DNA of 64,000 bases from positions 73,160,001 through 73,224,000 of the forward strand of contig OX597828.1 of the NCBI GenBank assembly GCA_951406725.2. Reading direction: 5' to 3'. The position numbers and the translations under genes are program-made. This stretch comes from Octopus vulgaris (lineage: Eukaryota). Within the stretch, counting starts at the first letter, position 1. Every line of letters begins with the position of its first letter. The notes beneath the pieces are model-generated. The model saw only the letters and a program-made list of their open reading frames with translations, had not been told where the DNA came from and did no database searches. Positions 1-9,925 of the stretch are shown piece by piece.

Positions 1-105
1 ATTGACTACACCCATTCCTTAAATTCAATGCTTTATGTCAGATCTTAAAAAAAAAATGAAACGGTAGTATTAATACTATCAGTTGCATTCTTTTCTCATT
101 CTCAG

Positions 106-293
106 TTGCCACCATATGGGTGAGGCTGCCACAGGGCGACGTGTTGTTCAAAGACAACATCCCATCATCGTTCCAACTGAATTTCCTGTGTAATCCTTCG
201 GTGAAGTCGCCTTTTGATAAATGTCCGGTTGGTAACTGCTTCGTGTTGTCGACTACAGACGACCAGCGTGAAGGAGACGACAGCATAGCATTC
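106..293 (+). CDS. Internal coding exon of CD-M6PR/ATG27-like (MRH domain) membrane protein; gene 5' end lies outside the window
   Basis: Acceptor TTTTCTCATTCTCAG (AG 104-105) and donor GTGAGT at 294. Open frame xATIWVRLPQGDVLFKDNIPSSFQLNFLCNPSVKSPFDKCPVGNCFVLSTTDDQREGDDSIAF, phase 1 to 0; LNFLC pattern is MRH-like. Confidence 0.8.
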
Positions 294-958
294 GTGAGTA
301 TTGTAGGAAGCACACACGTTATACGTACACACACCGAAACTCAGAACTCACTCACCAACACACACACACACACATTACGAAACTCACAACTTAACCACTC
401 AGCAATACACACACAAACTTAGGCACACATACAAGCTCAAGCACAACCACGCACTCACACACAAAAACGCACATACAAACATATGCACAAAAAAAAACAC
501 ACAGAGAAACAAGCACAAAAATAAACACAAAAACAAACACAAAACTACACACGCACACTCAGCACGCATACTCGCACACGCACACTCACGCGCTCGCGCG
601 CACACACACACACAGATACTCTCGCGTACACAAACAAAACCCGCACTACACGCGTACACAAACACACTCCCCAAGCCACACTCATTCTCCAACCATTTAA
701 ACATCCTCTTCTCTGTCGCCATTAACCCATAATAAATATTTTGATCTCTTAACCTTATTTACTAACTTTCCATAAATATTTATAAACATTGTTTCTGAAA
801 CATATATCAATGACTCTTTCCATATAAAAACTTTATTTTTAATCTCGTATAAATGGCTCCGTATATACATATTTCGATTTATGTAAACATTTCCATATGC
901 ATAACCTTTGTATATTAACAATGTGTGTTTTGTTTCTGTTCTAAACTTTCGTTCGTAG

Positions 959-988
959 AAACCACGTGTCGATGTGCTGGAAGTCGAG
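959..988 (+). CDS. 30-nt symmetric micro-exon of M6PR/ATG27-like gene (KPRVDVLEVE)
   Basis: Pyrimidine-rich acceptor ...CTTTCGTTCGTAG and donor GAG|GTAATA. Phase 0/0, matching the flanking exons. Confidence 0.65.
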
Positions 989-1408
989 GTAATATTTTCT
1001 TACTAAATTTAAATCATATATTTGTCTGTTAGTTCATGTTTTGTATTTTTATATCGATTTTATTCTCGAAAACAAAACCTCTGAGTATCCAAGGTTACCG
1101 AAAAATTACAGAATTTTCTACTTAACTAACGTAAATAAGAAAGGCAACATATAATCTGTATATATTTTAAACAAAATATGTTTGAAGGTTTGATAAAAAT
1201 CGCGTTAAATGATGAATAATGTCCATATATAGTCAAAATCAGATGTAGACAATGAGTAACGACCCAAATGTCATTAAGCTGTGTTGTCGAAAGTTGCTTA
1301 AAAATAGGATATTTAATATTTTGGGTGCAACATCTTGCATGGAAGCGCAGTGTGCTTTTAAGCATGTGGAATTTTACTTCAGATTATTTTAACATGTCTG
1401 CCTTTTAG

Positions 1409-1466
1409 ATATCAGAAAATAGAATTTCTCTCGAAGACGTCTACAGTTTCCTTGGGTGTGAATATG
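1409..1466 (+). CDS. Candidate (possibly alternative) exon ISENRISLEDVYSFLGCEY
   Basis: Acceptor TCTGCCTTTTAG and donor ATG|GTAATG; open, phase 0 to 1. Needs a phase-1 partner; the only candidate is 2285+, which contains a TGA. Confidence 0.4.
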
Positions 1467-1623
1467 GTAATGGTACTAACCACTTAACTAATTTGGCATG
1501 ACTGGAACAAGTGAATAAAATAGAAACACATTAATGCTTATTTTGGTGTTACATTAAAACGATTTTACATTCAGTCGAAGGATCACTCAATACCTTTTGT
1601 AGAGTACAGATTTATTTATCTTT

Positions 1624-1740
1624 AACAAGAATAGTATTGACAGTAACTTCGGAGTTTCAGCTTGCTACGCTGTCATTGGACAATCTAATAATTGCTCAGC
1701 GAGCCGAAACTTTGAAGTCACTGTCAAAGCTATTCTTATT
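1624..1740. repeat. Imperfect inverted repeat made of two decayed hammerhead-like motifs
   Basis: 43-bp arms 1624-1666 / 1698-1740, about 80% complementary. Right half reads gacaat-CTAATAA-ttgctc agc gagcc-GAAA-ctttgaag-TC-actgtc. Confidence 0.6.
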
Positions 1741-1759
1741 GAATAGTATAATATATAAA

Positions 1760-2089
1760 GATGCAGGCGTGGCTGTGCGGTAAGAAGCTTGCTTCTTACC
1801 CACATGACTCCGGGTTCACTCCCACAGTGTGGCACCTTGAACAAGTGTCTTCTACTAAATCTTCTGGTTAACCAAATGTGTGTGTGTGTCTGTGTTTGTT
1901 TGTCCCCTCGTTATCGCTTGACAACCGATGCTGATGTGTTAACGTCCCCGTAACTCAGAAGTTCAGCAAAAGGAACCGATAGAATAAATACTAAGCTTAC
2001 AAATAATGTCTTTTTTCGACTAAAATCATTTAAAGTAGCGCTCCACCATGGTCGCAGTCAAATGGCTGAACAATGTAAAAGAATAAAAG
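1760..2089 (+). mobile_element. tRNA-derived SINE, family B (diverged)
   Basis: Head GGCGTGGCTGTGCGGTAAG...GGGTTCACTCCC, internal (TG)n, 3' end CAGTCAAATGGCTGAACAATGTAAAAGAATAAAAG; homologous to 17459-17864. Confidence 0.85.
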
Positions 2090-2284
2090 CTCAAGTAGGA
2101 TAGAAATACTTAATTAGCTCTGTTATCTAAAACTTACCACCGTTTTTGTTTGAGTCTATGGTTATAAATATATTCTGTTATAGAAGGTACATTGTAACTT
2201 AGGTACCATATGTATTTAGATAATTATGTAACCACCAGATAATATACATTGAGTGAAATACCGTAAATATACGAATGTTTTCAG

Positions 2285-2412
2285 ATGTGCGCTTGTACAG
2301 AACGTCGCAAGGAGAAATATGTAACATAAGAATGAGTTGATTTGAGTGGTGGGATAATACCAAGGGAAACAACTTAATTTTCAAATGTTACAAACTGTCC
2401 GCTAGAGTGATT
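2285..2412 (+). CDS. Candidate exon with in-frame TGA (DVRLYRTSQGEICNIRMS*FEWWDNTKGNNLIFKCYKLSARVI)
   Basis: Acceptor ATGTTTTCAG, phase 1 matching 1409-1466. TGA at 2338-2340, frame then open to 2481. Only weak phase-0 donors (2407, 2413). Confidence 0.25.
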
Positions 2413-2947
2413 GTATACCAGCATGCATCTACTGGAAGCTTTATATGTATTGCAAATTCCTGCTCAAAATATATTGTCAGATGATTTCTTAAACTAAACA
2501 TGAAAATCAATTACAATTTATATTCTATAACGGAATACATTGCCATATATATTCCCATAAACACCTCACGAATGAACAATTGAAAGTAGACTACAATCCA
2601 TTTGGTTGGAGGAATGATCGCCAAATAACAAACAGGTGAACTGAACTGAACTGATTGAATATTAAACTCTCATTTAGAAGCAATTCTAAATGTGTTTTCT
2701 CTTCAGTCTGTCTTCAAATATCTGATGTGGATTTGTTCTTCATCTTTGAAACTCTAATTAATAGGGAGTTGAATCACTCTTATTAAACAACGCACGCACA
2801 CATAAACACATAACTACTTACATGAAGGCACATTGCTGAGTGTTAAGCGCGTCGGACTCTCAAAATACACACACAGACATATATAAGGGTATAGATCTCA
2901 TTCGGTGTGTGTGTGTGTGTTGTGTGTGTATATATATACACACACCG

Positions 2948-3178
2948 AAGGCGGTGAGCTGGCAGAAACGTTAGCACGCCGGGCGAAATGCGTAGCCGTA
3001 TTTCGTTCGCCGTTATGTTCTGAGTTCAAATTCCGCCGAGGTCGACTTTGCCTTTCATCCTTTCGGTGTCGATAAATAAAGTACCAGTTACGCACTGGGG
3101 TCGATGTAATCGACTTAATCCCTTTTGTCTGTCCTTGTTTGTCCCCTCCATGTTTAGCCCTTTGTGGGCAGTAAAGAA

Positions 3179-3181
<3 letters not shown>
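2948..3181 (+). mobile_element. tRNA-derived SINE, family A (tail type 1), full length
   Basis: A box TGGCAGAAACGTT, B box GAGTTCAAATTCC, central GCCTTTCATCCTTTCGG..GATAAA..GTACCAG, tail GTAAAGAAATA; many copies in the window. Confidence 0.9.
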
Positions 3182-3217
<36 letters not shown>

Positions 3218-3289
3218 TATTGTATCATATCGCCTTATTCAGTTTTATGCTTTGTTGTCCATGAATATTTTCTTATATTTCTTTTGTAG

Positions 3290-3435
3290 AATGTAATCAA
3301 CGTGACATCTTCTGATGCTTGTAGTCGTTCAATGCAACTAATTCTGGGAATCGTTCCTCAGCAGTGTCTGACCCTTCCGCCACATGATTCAACTACCCCT
3401 TCCAGCAGATCTCTCGTAGTTTTTATCATATCTGT
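3290..3435 (+). CDS. Coding exon of M6PR/ATG27-like gene: end of MRH domain, stalk and start of TM helix
   Basis: Strong acceptor TTTCTTATATTTCTTTTGTAG and donor GTAAGA at 3436. Translates NVINVTSSDACSRSMQLILGIVPQQCLTLPPHDSTTPSSRSLVVFIIS(V); 'VTSSDAC' matches the MRH terminal motif; phase 0 to 2. Confidence 0.8.
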
Positions 3436-4358
3436 GTAAGAGAACTCATAAATCTTATTCCGTATGTTTGCCCGCTTCACTTCAATATACCTAAGTATAT
3501 TGTAATGTAGAAATAGCTGGCGTTGAGAAATTATTCGAGCCGTGTTCTAATCGCCATCATGTTCGATTGATCTGTTGTTCTTATTGGGGGATTGAGAAAA
3601 TAGTGGATCGGTCATTTCCAGATCGATGTATTGGCCCCTCAAGTTATAGAGCCTTGTCTCGAATTCAGAAATTAAAAATTTTGATATGCAGTAAAATAGT
3701 AGTTGCCGAGAAAATATGTTAGACCTGAGTCAGTAAATAATAAGTACAAAATGTTTGTTTGGGGTAGGGATAGGGAAGAGGTTTCGTTTTCGGTAAGGGT
3801 TTTAGGCATAGATGAAATGTCTACTTTTGTTTTAGTAAATTAAAATTTAGTTTCTTTTCAAAAATAAACTTAAAAGTGGTGTCTAACCGAGATACTTATT
3901 AAGCTTTAACATCCAACGGTGGTGCCCCAGCATGGCCGCAGCTTTCGGACTGAAACATTTTTAAGGATTTAAAGATCTACTTCTAAGAATAGTCATTTTC
4001 TTGGATTGTCCGAATTTTAAAGCAAGGTATACTTTGGTAGGTGACTCAAATAGTCCAGTCTCTGATACTGGACTGTGTGACCACGGAATCTGAGTTCAGG
4101 CATGGCTGTATACTTGAGTCTGTTTTGCCTTTACAGGAATTTACGGTTCAATTCCACTGTAGAGCACTTTGGGTATACCAAAACCTTGAGAATTAAATTT
4201 TCTCGAAAAACTACGTGGACTCAGTCTGAAGGACTTTTCTTATTTTGGTGTGGTTGACTTGAATCTGGCACTTGATAAATCTCCACCAACACCGTCGTCG
4301 CAGCGATTTGACAGGAGTCCATACGGTTGCCCTATCGGACAAATGATGATGATAATCA

Positions 4359-4817
4359 TTTCTACTGGAATCTGAAGGCCTCAAATTTGGTGGCAGGGAT
4401 TAAGTCGATTACACCGACCCCAGTACTCGACTGGTATTTATTTAATCGACCCCGAAAGGATTAAAGGCCAAGTCGACCTCGGCGGAATTTGAACTCAGAA
4501 CGTAGCGTCGGGCGAAATAACGCTAAGCATTTCGTCTAACGATTCTGCCAGCTCACCACCTTTAAATAATAATAATAATAATAATAATAATAAGGGGTTT
4601 TAGTTTTGGCACAAGGTCAGAAAATTCGGGGAAGGCGTGGTTAGTCAATAACATCGACTCCATTCCTAGTATTCAACTGCTACTCAGTTTATCGACCCCA
4701 AAAGGATGAAAGGCAAAGTCGACCGCAGCAGCATTTCAACTCACAACGTGAAGGTGGACGAAAATGCCGCTAAACATTTTTTCTGCTCTGCTAACAATTC
4801 TGCCAGAGCACCGCCTT
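4359..4817 (-). mobile_element. Two adjacent SINE family A copies (tail type 2) separated by (TAA)n
   Basis: Reverse-complement matches to family A at about 4359-4562 and 4603-4817. Confidence 0.85.
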
Positions 4818-5297
4818 GATTCTTCTGCTGCTGCTGCTGCCGATATGTACTTGGTCACCCAAATCGATTTCAAATAACACCCACCCGAATAAATAAGGAC
4901 TAGTTTAATAGTCTAGAAAAAAATAAGACATAAAAATCACAGAAATTTCCTAAATATATTCGATCAGAGCTGGCCAAGGGCTGAACAACAATTTTCAGTC
5001 GACGGGTCAATAAAGGAAGATGTACGTGGTCAACTGACCTCCTAGAAATAACGGGTGCATCTCCTTCAAAGTAAACCCCACAACCGTTGTAAACAAGTAG
5101 ATATTGAATAATCTAAGATGTTACACATCCTCCATGTTATATAAGACTACTTGATATAATTTCAGGTCGATTTGGCTGCTTTTACCAGCAGATCAAACGA
5201 CCAACTCGATCTGTTATTGTTTATATATATGGTGATGATTGTGATATTTCATGGATACGATGATTGCTTTCTTTACCTTCTTTCTTTCAACCTACAG

Positions 5298-5409
5298 ACT
5301 ATTAACCATTGTAATACTTTACTTCGTGTGTGGAACTTGCTGTAATTATATTTCGGGTTTACGTGGTTCTGATTCGATCCCACATATCAACTGTCTTACT
5401 CAATTAGGC
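5298..5409 (+). CDS. Transmembrane/juxtamembrane exon of M6PR/ATG27-like gene
   Basis: Acceptor TTTCTTTCAACCTACAG and donor GTAAGT at 5410; phase 2 to 0. LLTIVILYFVCGTCCNYISGLRGSDSIPHINCLTQLG resembles the CD-MPR/ATG27 'Yxx-G-xxYn...GaRGxExIPH' signature. Confidence 0.88.
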
Positions 5410-6149
5410 GTAAGTAAATTATTTTTGCTTTCATGCTTTTTTTACTTTGTGTAAATCCCCCCACCCCTATACCCATTGTTTCAGTAAGTCATTCAGAGGT
5501 CTTTGTAAAAAATACGATATTATTTTTATGAAATGGTTCATCTTGAAGAAAATAAGCCAACATCGACTGAGTGCAAGTAATGCATTGTCGGGATCTTTGG
5601 CGAAAATATAATACAATGAAAGTTAGAAATTATTTCATTACGGTTCTTTTGCATTTTGAGTTCAAATTCAATCAAGTCAACTTGACCTTTCATCGTTTCG
5701 ATAAAGTAGAGTGCAAGTTTTTATGTTTGTTCTACACACGCATAATTTTATAGACATATTAAGACTGTCTTTGAAAAATATCTACACTCATTAGCACACC
5801 AGAAGAAATTATATAACGTAGGTTCCATATATTATATGACACTGTGATACTAGTGGTGTGAGATCCCCGTTGACAGGCCCTTCATAATATTTAAGTTTGA
5901 ACACGTCCATTATGCAAATTGCTACCTTCAGTTCTCTGTAGCTATCAGATTTTGTGGGTATATAAAGAGTGGCTACTTGGCCCTGTGGAATTGGTTAAAT
6001 TGATGTAGACATTTATGATGTGAGCCCCAAAAAGTTGGAAGAATCAATTTAGGCTGTTCATCATTTTCCATTCTACGGAAAAATAAATTTGCCGTTTTTA
6101 TATGTCTACTCCATAAGTTTATTATATATATATGTATATATAATTCTTT

Positions 6150-6325
6150 TTACTAACGGTACAAGGACTGAAATTTGGGGGCAGGGTGGTACTTAATTTA
6201 TCGTCCCCGAACGTATAAAAGGCAAAATCAACCTCGGCGGAATTTGAACTCAGAACGTAGCGTCGTGTGAAATACAACTAATAATTTTGTCCGATGTGCT
6301 AACGCTTCAGCCAATTTACCGCCTT
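6150..6325 (-). mobile_element. SINE family A, diverged
   Basis: GGCAAAATCAACCTCGGCGGAATTTGAACTCAGAACG matches the family A reverse complement. Confidence 0.8.
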
Positions 6326-6646
6326 AATAATACTAATGATAAAAATAAATCGAGTGATCTACTCGATCTCCTTCGATACTACGAACTGCACTGTAATCAT
6401 GTCAGGGATATGGTCTATGACCTTAAGCTTGTGTGGAATGCGCGTAGCGACGCATTTATACTCTCCATTCAAAGATTATTATTATTATATTTACCCTACA
6501 TTATATCGGCACGGCTCGGTGCAATTTCAGAACCGGTACCACCAGGTGGTATCATTTGTCTGTGACCAGGATAATAGCATAGGAGAATTTATATGCATAT
6601 TCAAAACGTTCCTGTAGATGAACGTAAATGATATAACACACACACA

Positions 6647-6862
6647 TACGAGTGTTCTGAAAAGTTCCCGATTTTAAAGGCATCGCGAAAGGCCTGGCTG
6701 GAGGCTGAAAGTGCCGCGTTCTTTTACAGAGCTTAGAAAAACTGAAAGAACGCTGCAAAAAGTACGGGAATCGGAGAGGGTAGTATGTTTAATGAAATCG
6801 TAATTAACTGATCCTCCTTTGTTTTCTTTTACCCAAAGCCAGTAATTTTCTTGCCCCCTTCT
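6647..6862 (+). mobile_element. Mariner-derived MITE / internal-deletion derivative
   Basis: Decayed TIRs (TACGAGTGTTCTGAAAAGTTCC ... GTAATTTTCTTGCCCCCTTC). Interior encodes a mariner C-terminal remnant 'LEKLKERCKKYGNRRG*YV'. Confidence 0.6.
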
Positions 6863-6906
6863 GTGTGAAGTCTATTCAATTAATTTTCTAATTCTTTCTT
6901 TTACAG

Positions 6907-6978
6907 CGTTGTTTTCAAGACATATGGTATAAAATAAAATGCCGTGACCGCTATCGAGGCCCATATCAAGAAATATGA
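6907..6978 (+). CDS. Terminal coding exon of M6PR/ATG27-like gene (cytoplasmic tail RCFQDIWYKIKCRDRYRGPYQEI*)
   Basis: Strong acceptor TTTTCTAATTCTTTCTTTTACAG, phase 0. Ends in a C-terminal YxxPhi motif (YQEI) then TGA, as in ATG27/M6PR-like proteins. Confidence 0.85.
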   Translation, partial: RCFQDIWYKIKCRDRYRGPYQEI

Positions 6979-7184
6979 ACAATAGATTATATAGCTGTAT
7001 ATATATATATATGTACCGGTGTGTGTGTGTGTGTGGTAGATGACTGTATGCGTCTACTGCCACAAGGATTTAGCTGGTTGAAGATACAGGTATTCGTGTC
7101 CTCCGCATCTTGATCTGATGGAATTAAACCTAGTCTTCCATTAAAGAACGGTTAAAAGTAAATATGTAGAGGATACAATTTAAG

Positions 7185-7210
7185 AATAAACAAAAACTGT
7201 CTGAAATAAA
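7185..7210 (+). promoter_or_regulatory. Candidate polyadenylation signals (two AATAAA) of the M6PR-like gene
   Basis: AATAAA at 7185-7190 and 7205-7210, about 200 nt after the stop. AT-rich context makes chance hits possible. Confidence 0.4.
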
Positions 7211-7627
7211 TGTTACTATGAATTATATAAAACATTACATATTATAGAATATTGTTATACATTTCGATATTGTATTTGTTTCTCAAGATATTATGAATGT
7301 ATTTATCTAAACAGGAAAAGAAAGACGAATGGAAATAATAAATAATCATATTTATCTCTCAATGTTCGTTTCTCCTGCGTTTCTCCAGCGGTTGGCCCAT
7401 CAGATATTACTCGTCAAAAAGCAGGCCAAGTCACTAAAATATAAATAATTAGCAAACATCACAAATATCGCATGTGGTATAAATTACGCCATATATTACT
7501 GTTAAGTTAATCCTATAAATAAATGTTTTGCTTAGTGTAATATTTCGTACACTCTCTAATGTCATATATATAGTACTGCGAGCTAAATATTTTGGAGTTT
7601 ATTAAATTTATATAATTATGACCAATG

Positions 7628-7734
7628 TTCATTTATTTAACCCTTAACTACGAAATTAGATTTCATTTATTTAACCCTTAACTGAAAAATTACGTTTCAT
7701 TTATTTAAACCTTTAACTGCGAAATTACATTTCA
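7628..7734. repeat. Minisatellite, 3 x ~34 bp
   Basis: Unit TTCATTTATTTAACCCTTAACTRCGAAATTAC(A/G)T repeated three times. Confidence 0.85.
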
Positions 7735-9616
7735 AGGAGTTTCCAGTATTTATGTTAAATGTTGACTGAAATATAGAATTGCCTCAATAAACTTAATATA
7801 CTTCAAAAAAATATTTTCAAGCTTGATATTTCTTAGCAGAATATAATTTGATTTATCAAACTGCTTTCCGCAGTCAAAGGTAATGAAACTTTTAGAGGCT
7901 ATAACTGATTTCCGCATGTGTCACACTAAAGATACTTGAAAAGGATTCTGAGAACGTATTTGCAAGACCACATACACATTTGAAGACATTCTAAAGAGAC
8001 ACCATGTGACCCTCAAGCGAAATCACCAGAGAAGGAAGACATGCAGATCATATGTCTTCTACCAGAACAACTCCCATTTGAAGACAGTTTTCAAATGGAC
8101 AGGGAGGAAACGAAAGAGGGGAAGAATGAAAACGATATGGCACAAAAGCTTCATAACCGAAATAAGAGAGAGGTCGCCATTATCGCGGGGGCGGATGTAA
8201 AGAAAACTGCAGCCAATTCAAATATTTTCTTTTAGCCCAGAAGGTGCTAAAATTGCTATTAAAACACAACCAACGCAGCAAACTGATGCTGACGCACATC
8301 TAAAACAGCAAACTCTGTATGGAATCCCCTTCCAGGTACCAAACATAAATTATACACAACATTCGATACAACCGCATTTATGTAATAAACAACTCTGTAG
8401 AGAGTCTATAGAATAGCTGTCCAATAATGTAACAATCCCTGCACAACTCCTACACCACAATCTTTACGCATTCACAACGATGCAGTAAAATTCAGGGTAC
8501 CCTCCATACAACACGTACGAAACAGCAGCGCCGCCCATCAAAATAACCAACCAACACAGGTGAAATGCTAGAAACAATAGCGCAAATAAAACAAACGTGA
8601 CCAATCGAAACTGACCTGAGTATATAAACCCAATTCTACATTCAGCAAATGGCATTGGTGCACGAACTTCAAGAACAGTGGAGGTATACAAGAGAAAGTT
8701 GCATGAAACTAATCGAAGCACGCAAGGCATTACGACAACAATAATGATAATGGCGATGATGAATTTAATTGTTGTCAAGGAATTTTCTGCAAATATGGAT
8801 ACATTGTTTTAATTAGCGGTGTTAATTACTATTTAAACTGTCTAGGTGACTAAACGCCAATCAATGTAAAATAGTGTTTTGTTTTAAAATTAGATTTCAT
8901 TGATATTTTAATAATAATTATAAAAAAAACACATTGTTTGTGCAGTTATAATTAATTAATTCACTGTTTAATTAGTTTTGCATATTTTTTAGGTTTTTGT
9001 TATATTCGTGAATTCTGATTTTGCCATTCTGATAACGACTATACAATTACAACGCGGTTAGGATTGTAATATTCCGGTCATTCTTAGTGAAGTGCAGGGG
9101 TGTGGGTGGCAAAGTTGGTTGAGCATCGGACATGTCATGAGGTATTTAATTACAAGTGTTGACGATGTGGGTTCAAATTCCGCTGTGACTATTCTATAAC
9201 ACATTTTACTAATGCGAAAATAGTAAAGTACCATTCTAGTTTTGGATAAAGACGCACCTATTCTCTCCCCCAAAATGTGTCATCAAGACGTCTTGAGTTT
9301 AAATCCTGGCCAAATTATATTTGCGTTTTATTTATCCCGTGTAGATAAAATAGTGCCACTCGTGTACGGGAATGGTTCCAATCGATTGTCCCCCTCGACG
9401 AAAGTTTGGTCAAAGAAAATTTTCTCTCAAAATTATTGATGCGAGGAGCAGCATTCGGAGTATCACTCGAGTCTTGGATTAAATATCTTACTGTTTTTTT
9501 TATTCGTTCTAATCCACTTTGATTTCAATTCCTGCAGAGATCGACTGTAAATCTTATCCTTCAAAGGTCGATAAAATATATACCAGTGAAATGCTGGAGC
9601 GTCTATATAATCGATT

Positions 9617-9925
9617 GTGAAGGTGTGTGGCTAAATGGTTCTGGTATTCGGCTCAAGATCATAAGGCCATGAGTTCGATACTCGGAGACGTTTTGTCCTT
9701 GAGCAAGACATTTTATTTCACGTTGCTAAATTCTACACAGCTGGCCTGAATGAGTTGCACTTGCAAATTGAAAGGGTCAGCCTCGTCATTATCTGTCCCA
9801 CGCTAAATTTCCCTGAGAACTACGTTGTCTAGGAAGTTCTCAGTCTCTTGCACGTTAATTTCACGAGCAGTCCGTTCCGTTGATCGCAACAATTGGAACC
9901 CTCGTCGTCAGAACCAACGAAGAAC
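9617..9925 (+). mobile_element. tRNA-derived SINE, family C (CORE-like GTCCTTGAGCAAGACA)
   Basis: Head GAAGGTGTGTGGCTAAATGGTT...GAGTTCGATACTC; homologous to 59319-59648 and 33691-33982. Confidence 0.8.

Noticed and set aside
2636-2706. 71-nt GT-AG intron-like segment
   Set aside because: No reading frame runs through both flanks in phase with the gene.
2948-3040. tRNA-like A/B boxes
   Set aside because: These are SINE heads, repeated many times with SINE bodies; no cloverleaf tRNA gene.
5932-6003. Alternative terminal exon FSVAIRFCGYIKSGYLALWNWLN*
   Set aside because: Weaker acceptor; 6907-6978 fits the family much better (strong acceptor, terminal YQEI).
7389-7448. Strong-looking acceptor TTTCTCCAG with short ORF RLAHQILLVKKQAKSLKYK*
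   Set aside because: Lies after the stop and poly(A) signals; no family resemblance. Cannot be excluded as a minor isoform.
7628-7734. ~34-bp repeats as a CRISPR array
   Set aside because: Head-to-tail with no unique spacers, eukaryotic context, no cas genes.
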